Shown here one piece after another: positions 44,601-52,263 of a DNA stretch of 56,180 nt (positions within the stretch are counted from its first letter, which is position 1; each line of letters begins with the position of its first letter). A model generated the notes under the pieces. The model had not been told where the DNA came from, made no database searches, and was given only the letters and a program-made list of their open reading frames with translations. Origin of the DNA: Clostridia bacterium (lineage in GTDB: Bacteria > Bacillota > Clostridia > Christensenellales > UBA1242); assembly GCA_046882085.1 (NCBI GenBank), contig JBKSNA010000027.1:1-56180 (forward strand), in the 5' to 3' direction. Made by a program: the position numbers and the translations under genes.

Positions 44601-47483
44601 ATTGGTAATAACAATGAAGATGATGATTATCTGTTAAATGCAAAACTACCTGATGGTAATAGCACTAATACATACTACAAGTATTCTACTACTGAAGTGA
44701 GAGTAAATGGTAAGGGTGTATTAGAGTTTGATATGAGTTATGTTACTATCAATAGTAGCAGAAAGTATGCTCAGTATTATGAAATCACTCTAAGCGATGG
44801 TAGTGAAACTAAGTATATTTATATCAAAGCAGATACCGAAGGTGTAGTGTTCAATAATGTTGACAATGTGGTAACCTATGTATTGCCAGACGAATTTGAT
44901 GGTAGTGAATATTCTATAGCAGTTCGTGCGATATCGTATATAGAATCTACTGTAGATCATAACTATGCAGATGGCGTATTGTCATTTAATAGAAATGCTT
45001 CTAGTCTATATAGACTGGAGAGCGCAGATCGTGCTTCTATATATATTGATATTAGTAAAATATCAAATAATATAACTATTGACGGGGATACTATTACATA
45101 TATTTGTCCTGAGGGTTATCTAGTATCGGCTGTATACTCAGTGAATACTGAAAATGGTCGTCTAAATGCTAGTTATCCTAGTGAGATGTTTATATTTGGA
45201 AGAATGGCTAAGGCTACTAACTTAGGCATATATGATGGTATGTTGAAGTGGCAAGCAGACGACAGTGCGCATAATTTCTACTTCCATATATCATATCTAA
45301 CCGATCCGGAAGATCTAGATAGTTTGGTAGAGATTAGTTTTGATACTCCTGGTATTAAAGATGGCGATTGGTATACATATCAGTTCACTGATTATGCGGA
45401 CTATTCGGTGGTGGGTAGCAATAATACTACTAAGTTAAGCATTACATCACAATATGATTACAAAATCAGTATTATGGTAGTCGGAAATAAGATCAATAAT
45501 ATGATTAATAGTGGTTATACAGTGCCTACAGATATGAAGAGATTGGATACTATAACAAATATTACTACTAGCGATGGAGTTCTAGTATGGGACGAGATAG
45601 AATCAGCTGTTAGTTATTATATAGAACTAAATGGTAATAAGAATTATACATATACCGCTACAAGTAATAGTTATGACTTGACAGGCAAAATTGATGCAGG
45701 TGAATATTCTGTACGTATACGTGCTATTGGTGGCGGAGATATTAATGCGATTAATAGTGATAATGTGAGAGGATTTATCAAACTTGGACAAATAGTATAT
45801 AAGTCTATCAATATAGATAAGAATATTATTAGTTGGGATCCTATTGATAACGCTACTAAATATAGAGTTTCATTCGAGTATGGTGAGTATTCTATAGATG
45901 ATCGATTCATCGATACTTATGATACATATGTTACAGCATTCGATGATATAGTAGGTACTTTCAATATCTATATTAGAGCTTTTGGAGTTGGTGCAGATAA
46001 GCACTTCTCTGGAGAGAATGTAGAGTTTAGGTGTGAAACAACTGTGCCAGAGGCTATATCAGAGATCTTCTACGATGAAGATTCTAATGAGTATTATTGG
46101 TCAGCAGAGAATTATACAGATGGAGATGTGTTCAATATTTCTTATAATTTAGCACAATATACTTCTGCCGGATTAGGTCCACTTCAAGCTAAATCATATA
46201 ATATTTCTTACTACAAGTCTATGGGACAAGAGTTTAGATATCCTATTACTACAATGGGTGTATATACAGACTTCAAAGTATATGTTACTCGTGCGAATAC
46301 TGTATGGTCAGCTACTACAGAATATGTAGGAGACAGTGATGGCATTATTGATCTCGATCTATATGCATATGGTGATGGTAGTGATGAAGCTAATGCTTAC
46401 ATTATTAAAGATGTAGCTCAGTTATTAAATATCAAATACTTCGCTAATAGAGAAATGTATTTCAAATTAGGCGATAGTTTAGATTTGAGCGAAATAGAAA
46501 ATATAATGGACATTGTATTGGCTAATGATGGTGGATTATTCTGTAGTTCATTCAATGGTGTCTTTGATGGTAATGGCTATGTATTCTATGATGCGATTAT
46601 TGAGTTGAATGATATCGAAAAGTTCTCGTTATTTGGAGAATTGAATAGTGCAATAATAAAAAATATTGAATTTGGACAAGAAAATGGAATAATTTTATCA
46701 AATTCATTTGCAAATAAGGTCGAAAATGTTGTACAATTATCATTAATAGCAACAGGGGCAAATAATTCAACAATTCAGAATGTATCTGGAAAGACGATCT
46801 TCAATATTTCAGGTAATATCAATACAGAGAAAAATATATATATTGCTGGCTTGATAGCACAAGACAAAGGATCTGAGATCATGTCAGATGATCCGGATCT
46901 AAAATTGAGTGTATCAGTGAGTATCGCAGCTAATATAGAATTTGCGACTGCGAGAGTGGGATCTTATATCTCTGGATTAGTGGCAGAAGGAATGGGTACT
47001 AATGTATCTAATTGTAATGTTGACTTTACCTTGTCGTCATCATCAGCTTGTACTTATGTGGCAGGCTTGATAGCGTATTTTGATGGCAATAATCAAAATG
47101 CAATAATAGAAGACACCGATGTAACAATTAATATTTCTAATGTAAATATTCCTTATCTAGGTGGTGCGGTAGGATATGGTAAGAATATTACTATAGATAA
47201 TTGTACAGTGTTAGGTAATATTAATAACAACGCAGTAGCTTTAGGCGTGTATATTGGTGGAATAATAGGACTAGCAGATTCTGATACTATTACTAATAAT
47301 ACTGTCGAAATTGTATTCAATCTAACATGCAATAATGCGACAGGAGATAGATTCATTGGAGCGATTATTGGTAGAGGTATGTCTTGCACAACTTCAGGCA
47401 ACACCACTACGTATACGGTCGACGATGAGACTAGTTATAATAATGGTTCAGTAGAGTTGGGACTATATGGTAAAATAATTTAA
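38682..47483 (+). CDS. Giant (2,933 aa) surface lipoprotein with a Big_2-like domain, many Fn3/Ig-like modules and a C-terminal GLUG-like beta-helix region
   Basis: The N-terminus MSKLKIKNWHIFILVALLSMFLFGC is a signal peptide plus lipobox. ITSSDASVLSVNGSVITAHKEGECVIRLVS is Big_2-like. At least 10 modules carry W/F-x2-V/I-x-x-A-x2-Y-x-V/I (STVSWNNVIHSAGYKVYI, GVLSWNACIGATSYNVEI, GVLVWDEIESAVSYYIEL). The C-terminus has FNGVFDGNGYVF, SLFGEL and repeated G-L-I/V-A/G units. Confidence 0.85.
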   Translation: MSKLKIKNWHIFILVALLSMFLFGCDNDVPVNSISFNLGEESQIVMLVDQELDMNQFVDIRPAYATNKNYSITSSDASVLSVNGSVITAHKEGECVIRLVSKENSKKEDIMTIRVKESIEVLDTPRNLQFDTTLQAFTFEMVDNASNYIININGEDYSVGNSNIFPISKYVGNSLDCVMTAKVKAEASRFSFAYQSSPYTEIPYQYYQTAPVTNMSIVGGKLSFDSNTTASNIFINGELYEQITINEFSLKELDEKYAGQNVLIGVQAVVDQEIIDSLEDGVKDYNSLKIEKNVQVLDIVRPTMVSSTVSWNNVIHSAGYKVYIDNVNIVNNKVLAEDIDENKGVITANYFNLDNLENIETLINSNKISNIKVLPILRQDSENLAMTGIVDNISVSRLTTPEFSLDEEVIHWNSIDSATTYLLTIKTDDQLTQANIRANEFDLSNFDAGEQIEIAVSANSSGEVSGVYYLYSSENSCTITKNEDVDPVIENYVLKFGATSGEKYRINFSDKDGDIQIEIDEDLDLSEYVFNAGVNEISICHLGNKENTINSEIAKISFTQLEAINAISMNNSTASVVRSNINKNAIIELRTQIGGTIKSIQDTMWEYNTIDASGENYLPAGSYVTYVYVLGDGVNTFSYREKVGSNLTEVATASINFEVLSNPNFDNVFDKTNNKVSFSTIENADNYQIYTLVEGVYTATAAITDNEYLIALNAGETKNIKVQAVGNGVEYLTSVMSRDINVKKLLIPTLEYDNSIDEFSIENEDLDHSTYEIVHNGDTKVLSDISLVTGENIISITAIAKDREGVNYYINSATNSITINKIDATSEIKVENNSLIITPNHTAGYEIVVKYSFGESVTAEYKNGKYTIPLVDTDYNIIYDEMKSDFGVTIQYLAPADDDSIATSDEYAYPNTFVLEQLSKPVLIRDDQNIVFDNVNEDYTLNNYKLIIDGEKSAINSFATLVDNTITISAKKLLDTAGDGVHDIAIEVNDPTKISVVSDPISIERKPKVQVSYAKDNTALENSATLTITAPQNLDIYFREYPVVIGDYSMTFTRTEMESGELIIILDEIDLLAGNNQVKVSTTTDNTSQYNDGTKVVFVFNSLDSDVINIKKITAPTNLYVSDSILHFTAVEGAVGYEIYDVDGNEYTKINDELIENNSYLLNNITTNRFIAVKAISNTEMSTNSSYTEYITICPVVDPVINISYGHFAITIDPSIVALKDVEQATTKLTLTTKNDLYTIDLKNVDNSLANLNGNILTIYADQVLAYEYSDLTAEDINITINITYLGKVDGDIYLLNPKEVEDSAYGLFAPINVKKTTDSENDYVDFLTWSKNVKNELVDEETLETTEIPENYVIKIIYTDQAGEEYEYLSTDDGLKYKEGSNYYSYGLINTTKVRFPYGYDENGDGKFEAIFADGNYLVYVQTITTHRIEGYKICASMYSSPCSFSIMAKPILQAYDGVLSWNACIGATSYNVEITNESRVYKVTVDTNEYDFSSLDVSGVCGVKVKAVSTRNNVLNSAVSDELKIYRLPQVTKVVLDDGMLKFTADRYFTSAKVILKDKINNTTQETIYDNLDKTKTELSTMKIELWTNQSLSSPIVYVIEDEILKAIDGKSYDISIQLIGESINLGTVEIDEVQYNLSGLMMINSKIANSFDLVLDKLVPNTYGVTKGVVDYSPSQTITKINYVFSDSETNSFWESTTIYRIILKTPTETHTIYALDYNDFINNSSTLDYISYTEQNELCAGVKYSYGGESLYFNVYTNNIMDIANYNEVYYHVIDRTISDGEISYTSSATLSRIDVSSGGTFFIDVGILGGDMYATGVDALGNPSAYKGYITSYNNDLKPFVKYGVNTLSTHSGLVQIKDMIEYDEDGNIIDYPIYKLTMMFAGEEEIERIIYYYPYDDTKYTELEARGHLDTIKNKNDRNSDVIFVLKKYSEIEGVVLIDFAELKDALGEYIFNSNEVYNITIQTLAGIGNNNEDDDYLLNAKLPDGNSTNTYYKYSTTEVRVNGKGVLEFDMSYVTINSSRKYAQYYEITLSDGSETKYIYIKADTEGVVFNNVDNVVTYVLPDEFDGSEYSIAVRAISYIESTVDHNYADGVLSFNRNASSLYRLESADRASIYIDISKISNNITIDGDTITYICPEGYLVSAVYSVNTENGRLNASYPSEMFIFGRMAKATNLGIYDGMLKWQADDSAHNFYFHISYLTDPEDLDSLVEISFDTPGIKDGDWYTYQFTDYADYSVVGSNNTTKLSITSQYDYKISIMVVGNKINNMINSGYTVPTDMKRLDTITNITTSDGVLVWDEIESAVSYYIELNGNKNYTYTATSNSYDLTGKIDAGEYSVRIRAIGGGDINAINSDNVRGFIKLGQIVYKSINIDKNIISWDPIDNATKYRVSFEYGEYSIDDRFIDTYDTYVTAFDDIVGTFNIYIRAFGVGADKHFSGENVEFRCETTVPEAISEIFYDEDSNEYYWSAENYTDGDVFNISYNLAQYTSAGLGPLQAKSYNISYYKSMGQEFRYPITTMGVYTDFKVYVTRANTVWSATTEYVGDSDGIIDLDLYAYGDGSDEANAYIIKDVAQLLNIKYFANREMYFKLGDSLDLSEIENIMDIVLANDGGLFCSSFNGVFDGNGYVFYDAIIELNDIEKFSLFGELNSAIIKNIEFGQENGIILSNSFANKVENVVQLSLIATGANNSTIQNVSGKTIFNISGNINTEKNIYIAGLIAQDKGSEIMSDDPDLKLSVSVSIAANIEFATARVGSYISGLVAEGMGTNVSNCNVDFTLSSSSACTYVAGLIAYFDGNNQNAIIEDTDVTINISNVNIPYLGGAVGYGKNITIDNCTVLGNINNNAVALGVYIGGIIGLADSDTITNNTVEIVFNLTCNNATGDRFIGAIIGRGMSCTTSGNTTTYTVDDETSYNNGSVELGLYGKII

Positions 47484-47511
47484 CAATTTGGAATGATTAA
47501 AGGGAGAAAGC

Positions 47512-48165
47512 ATGAATTATAACGACCAAATATTAGAAAACAAAGCATTTAATTTCTTCAAACAACTTATGTACAACATCGCTTTGTCAATATGTTTGAT
47601 ATTGTTAGCGACACTATTGAGTGTTTGGATTTTCAAGCTTGGCTTATATAGAGTAGAGTCAGACAGTGAAGCTCCTTACTTCTACAGAGGTGATATGGTG
47701 GCTGTGTTGCCACAAGATGAATATAAAGTCGGCGATATAATTACATTTAGAGAGCATGGTATTGGCGGTGGATATAGTCTTACTACCCACCGCTACATTG
47801 CCACTCTAAAAACTAGCGATGGTAAGACTTATTATATTTGTCATGGTGATGCGGTTCAATCTGCAGATCCTTCACAAGAAGAACTTAGAAAATGGCAAGA
47901 TGAAGCAGCGTTTATACAAGGTGTTATTGATGACAATCCTGGTATAACACTTGCGACATTGGATACCAAGATTAGAAACTGTCAATATCCTACTATTAGA
48001 GATATTGAGGGTGAAGTAGTCTTCTCATTGTCCAACTATGGTACTTACATTACATTTATTAAAGATCATTCAATGTTGTTTATCGTGATGATTGTTGGTA
48101 TTTGGGTAGTAAGTTCTGTTATTCAAAACGAAATCGAAATGAAGAGAAGTTGGAGATTGATGTAA
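47512..48165 (+). CDS. sipW: SipW-type (S26B, ER/archaeal-like) signal peptidase I
   Basis: VESDSEAPYF aligns with the remembered VLSGSMEP Ser box. GDIITF and TTHRY (the His box) match B. subtilis SipW, and HGDAVQSAD aligns with KGDNN. TM helices are present at both the N- and C-terminus, as in SipW. Confidence 0.8.
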   Translation: MNYNDQILENKAFNFFKQLMYNIALSICLILLATLLSVWIFKLGLYRVESDSEAPYFYRGDMVAVLPQDEYKVGDIITFREHGIGGGYSLTTHRYIATLKTSDGKTYYICHGDAVQSADPSQEELRKWQDEAAFIQGVIDDNPGITLATLDTKIRNCQYPTIRDIEGEVVFSLSNYGTYITFIKDHSMLFIVMIVGIWVVSSVIQNEIEMKRSWRLM

Positions 48166-50885
48166 TGATCAAAAGAGCAAAAACTAAAAGAAATTTAATA
48201 TCAATTCTAAGCGGCATACTCGTCGCGGTTTTTGCTTGTATGGTGGGTATTACATTCGCGAATACGACTTCATCTTATATATATGGTACTAATCCAAGTT
48301 TGCCTAATGCATATGCGGCGAATCAACAAGTAAAAATTATTAATGATACCTTGACTACTCCTATCCCATTTGGTATTACAGGTCAAGGATATGAGATATC
48401 TATTCAATATTCTATGGCATATGATTTTGACTTGAGATTACAGTATTCTTTGGCATGGAGCGGAGTAGGCGACGAAGATAATGTTATATTAAACTTCGCC
48501 AATCGTGATGATTATATCGTAGGTAATGGATATATTTATAAGGTTACACCTGTAGCTAAAGGTGAAGGGAAACTTACTATTATCACAGGTGTGGATTTTG
48601 TGGATAATACAGATGAATCATACATAGGGCAAAATTTAACAATTAATGTAACTGCAGAATTTTATAAAAAAGATGCTGCCACTTACAATGATTCACACCC
48701 ATTGTATGTCGATAATGTAGCAGGTAATGCATGGATAGCATATAAGGCTAAAGATTTAGATTTTGGGTTGACGGCAGATAATATAGCAAAGGATACAGCT
48801 GCTCGTGCTATAGTGTATAATTATAGACATAATGTAGCTCATGGATTAGACTATCCTAGTCCAGAGGGTGCTTACAGAAGATTGAATACAACTGATCCTC
48901 TTACAACATTAAATACAAAATGGATTGGTGGTAATCGTGGTTATGCGGGCATCGGAGTATACTTAATTACAGGCAATAGCGCAGTAAAAATTAAGGCTAG
49001 AGTAACAGGCATCTGGGATTCAATATATTCCATAAATACTTATTCTGGGAAATATGATGGTGCTTCGCATAATTCTATAATAAAAGCCAATCTTTCTGGA
49101 TTAAAAATCGAGGCTAAAACTAGTCTAACTGCTTCTTACACAGTAATTGTTGAAAGTTCAGAAAAGGATAAGCAATATCAGTTGATGACAAATGGAATCA
49201 TTGGTTCTGAAACTGAAAATGTATTTCAACCAATATATTATAAAATTACTGAACAAGATGGATCTTATATAGAAGGTTCTACAACTATTAGAGTTTATAA
49301 AACCGATACAGAAAATTCAGCAATAATTAACGAGAATGGCGATCTAGCATATGAAAATAATATTAAATATAATTATGGATATGATTATGCTGATGATTCT
49401 GGTTGGAAGCATTTAGAATGGGACGCTAGTAGTAAATTGTTCGAGACTTGCTATTACGACAAATATATCCCTGCTAATTCTACTTGTTATATAGAGATCG
49501 TAGATAGTATAGAGATTACTAGTGTATCATTCCCCAGTGAAGCATACAACAATAAGAAAATAGTAACAAATAGTATTGCCATCAATGGAACGACCTTCAC
49601 AGGTGAGTTGTCTAGCAAGACTATTGCAAATGAAACAATAAATGAAGTAACAACAAGTTATTTAAAATCTAATGTGTCTAAGGTAAATACATCAAAATAT
49701 GCTAATCTATTAATGGATAGCAACAGCCAAAAATCATTCAACACTTCATTATCTTTGACAAATAATACTTCTAAATATCAGCAAGTAACTATTAGCAAAT
49801 ATCAATTAAAATATAGATTAAGCAATGGTAATGGAACATTTATGTTCGATACCGACTCTGACTCAATCGCAGACTCTAGACCTGAAGAATTAAAAGTAAG
49901 TAATCCTACGACTTATACTGATAGTGTATTATTTAACAATACATCTAGTGTGTATTATAGTGTGTCAGGAGTGAAAGATTTGACAGGTACTGCAGGATCT
50001 GCGAATCAGGCACTTACTAGCATTATTATTGCACCATATTCTAGTGTGAATATTTTGACTGACTTCATTGTCGGCGGTGCTTTGTTAGCAGATATTTCTG
50101 ATGATTGGAATGCTAGCTACAATTATGACTTATTTGTAGAGATAATACCTACTATTAGTACAACAACACTAAACGACGATGCTACTATGGTGTCAGTTGA
50201 GTCTAGAGTGAATGGTACTACAGTAGAATTTTATCTTAAGAATAATACAGGCAACACTTTAACAGGTGTTAATGCGCAAGTATATGTGTATACATATTCA
50301 GAAGCATGGGCAACGGTGAATACTAAACCTGCTGATTGGGAATATGCTTATTGGAAATATTACAATGTAGAAAATGGAAGCAGAATAGAATCTTTACCAG
50401 ATACATTTGTGAGAGCATATTCTAGAAGCCTAAAAGCTAATATGTTGGTCAATGGTGCTAATATTTCAGATAGTGCTATTACATTATTGCCAAACGAATC
50501 AAAATTAGTAAAAACAATTAATAGTGTAGATACTTCTAATGGCTTGTTTGTGCAGTTAAAATCAGTTAGCGCTACGATTGGTAGTTCGTCAGCGCCAATA
50601 CTTGTCAACGCGGGTACTAATAATGCTATGATTATTAATCCTACTGAGAATTCTTATTATGTAAGATTTAGTGGTACATATGCGGGTAGTGATACTGCGA
50701 TATTAAAGAGTACTAATGCGGGCGATAGTTATAATTATTTCATTGGTATCTTGCGTCCTGGTCAAATCTTAGATATTCCGATGAGTGCTACTGGAAGTAT
50801 AGATTATATTCAATATACATCAACTAGTGATATTTCTAGTTGGTCAGATACTTTTGAGGCTCAGATAGCTAATTACTTAAAATAA
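48165..50885 (+). CDS. 906-aa secreted protein with a SipW-cognate-like signal, a TasA-like N-terminal domain and a roughly 700-aa extension
   Basis: The ATG overlaps the sipW stop (TAATG). The N-terminus MIKRAKTKRNLISILSGILVAVFACMVGITFANTTSSY is signal-like. LTINVTAEFYKKD near residue 165 parallels the strand-E end motif of the two small paralogs. The remainder is Ser/Thr/Asn-rich and beta-like. Confidence 0.65.
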   Translation: MIKRAKTKRNLISILSGILVAVFACMVGITFANTTSSYIYGTNPSLPNAYAANQQVKIINDTLTTPIPFGITGQGYEISIQYSMAYDFDLRLQYSLAWSGVGDEDNVILNFANRDDYIVGNGYIYKVTPVAKGEGKLTIITGVDFVDNTDESYIGQNLTINVTAEFYKKDAATYNDSHPLYVDNVAGNAWIAYKAKDLDFGLTADNIAKDTAARAIVYNYRHNVAHGLDYPSPEGAYRRLNTTDPLTTLNTKWIGGNRGYAGIGVYLITGNSAVKIKARVTGIWDSIYSINTYSGKYDGASHNSIIKANLSGLKIEAKTSLTASYTVIVESSEKDKQYQLMTNGIIGSETENVFQPIYYKITEQDGSYIEGSTTIRVYKTDTENSAIINENGDLAYENNIKYNYGYDYADDSGWKHLEWDASSKLFETCYYDKYIPANSTCYIEIVDSIEITSVSFPSEAYNNKKIVTNSIAINGTTFTGELSSKTIANETINEVTTSYLKSNVSKVNTSKYANLLMDSNSQKSFNTSLSLTNNTSKYQQVTISKYQLKYRLSNGNGTFMFDTDSDSIADSRPEELKVSNPTTYTDSVLFNNTSSVYYSVSGVKDLTGTAGSANQALTSIIIAPYSSVNILTDFIVGGALLADISDDWNASYNYDLFVEIIPTISTTTLNDDATMVSVESRVNGTTVEFYLKNNTGNTLTGVNAQVYVYTYSEAWATVNTKPADWEYAYWKYYNVENGSRIESLPDTFVRAYSRSLKANMLVNGANISDSAITLLPNESKLVKTINSVDTSNGLFVQLKSVSATIGSSSAPILVNAGTNNAMIINPTENSYYVRFSGTYAGSDTAILKSTNAGDSYNYFIGILRPGQILDIPMSATGSIDYIQYTSTSDISSWSDTFEAQIANYLK

Positions 50886-50897
50886 AGGAGAAAATGA

Positions 50898-51623
50898 ATG
50901 AAAAGGTCAAATACTAAAGAACTAAATATATTGACAGCTGTCATCGTTCTATCGTTGGCCTTTTTGTGCATATTCAATATTACATATTCTTACTTTACCG
51001 CTTCGGCTATTATCAATGGAGATGCTGAATTTAACAATATTAAAGTCAACTTTTATTATACTACAGTATCTGGTAACGGTATAGTAGAGAATGGGAATAC
51101 ATTAGAAGTGAATCCTGTTGGTGTAGTTACTCGTGGTACTCCATTTGAAGTACAATACAATAGTACTAAATTGACTTCTGTAGGATTTAAGACTGATAGC
51201 AATTCTTGTAATGTTTATATTCGATTCTGGATAGATGCTTATACAGTAAATAATGATGTATTAGATACGGATACAAATTATGGAAAATATTTCTCATTCT
51301 ACAATGGAGACAATCCTGCTACAAGTATAAAAAATCAAAATACCGACGACGGGACAAATGTTACATATTTTATTCCTAGTGCGCTTGCAGCGGGGGCTAC
51401 CAATACTCCATTCAATAAAATACTATTATCCAATAGTGCGCCAAATGCCATGTTGGGTAAAAATATTAGAATAACTATTAGATTTGAAGCGATACAATCC
51501 ACTAATGGTGCTTGTAAATCATGGGAAATGTATCTAACTGATGAGAATGGCGAGTATATTGAAGATGAAGATGGTGCACTTATTCTTAATGATAACAAGG
51601 GAATATGGACCACTTGGCAATAA
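50898..51623 (+). CDS. TasA/camelysin-like fibre protein candidate (241 aa)
   Basis: The signal ends in NITYSYFTAS (50982-51005), resembling the T-x-A-x-F-T/S-D class of SipW substrates. The C-terminal NIRITIRFEAIQSTNG matches my recollection of TasA IKLQFSFEATQWNG. Confidence 0.7.
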   Translation: MKRSNTKELNILTAVIVLSLAFLCIFNITYSYFTASAIINGDAEFNNIKVNFYYTTVSGNGIVENGNTLEVNPVGVVTRGTPFEVQYNSTKLTSVGFKTDSNSCNVYIRFWIDAYTVNNDVLDTDTNYGKYFSFYNGDNPATSIKNQNTDDGTNVTYFIPSALAAGATNTPFNKILLSNSAPNAMLGKNIRITIRFEAIQSTNGACKSWEMYLTDENGEYIEDEDGALILNDNKGIWTTWQ

Positions 51624-51633
51624 GGAGTAAACA

Positions 51634-52233
51634 ATGATAAAAAATAGAAGAGCATGTTCAATAACTATTATATCAGTAATGTTGTTACTGGCATGTCTTT
51701 TCTGCTCTATAATAGGAGCATCGAACGCATGGTTTGTAGTCAGTGATCCTAATAGAATTGAAATCAATGTTCTAATAGAAGATCTAAAGTTGTCTTTATA
51801 TCAAAATAGTGTAGCTTCTGCTAATAAGATAGATACTCTTGATAAAAGTTCGTATGTTACTCTAGCTGGTCCTATTGAACCAGATGTAAAAGAAAATCTA
51901 ACATTAATATTAAAAAATGAGGATGCGAGTGGTGGATCTAGATATGTGAGATTTAAGTTCGATGTCATGGTATCAGGTACTACTACAGCATTATCAGGAG
52001 TAACGATTTCGGGATTTGATGAAACATCTAATGATGCAAATAAATTTAGTAAAGTTGATGATTATTATTACTATACGGGTACAGGTTCTACTCCTACAGC
52101 AATGGTGAAGAATGCGCAGGCGACAATGTTGACCGGATTCACTATTCCTTATTCAAGTATGAAAGATCTTAAACATTCTGAGTCGTTAAAAATTGTGTTG
52201 ACAATTGAGACTTCAGCAAATGGTTCATTTTAA
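51634..52233 (+). CDS. Second TasA/camelysin-like protein candidate (199 aa)
   Basis: The signal ends in GASNAWFVVSD (51718-51747). The C-terminal SLKIVLTIETSANGSF parallels the FEAxQ end motif. It begins 10 nt after the previous gene. Confidence 0.6.
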   Translation: MIKNRRACSITIISVMLLLACLFCSIIGASNAWFVVSDPNRIEINVLIEDLKLSLYQNSVASANKIDTLDKSSYVTLAGPIEPDVKENLTLILKNEDASGGSRYVRFKFDVMVSGTTTALSGVTISGFDETSNDANKFSKVDDYYYYTGTGSTPTAMVKNAQATMLTGFTIPYSSMKDLKHSESLKIVLTIETSANGSF

Positions 52234-52263
52234 ATTATTATAGAAAATGTAAAGGAGGGGTAA

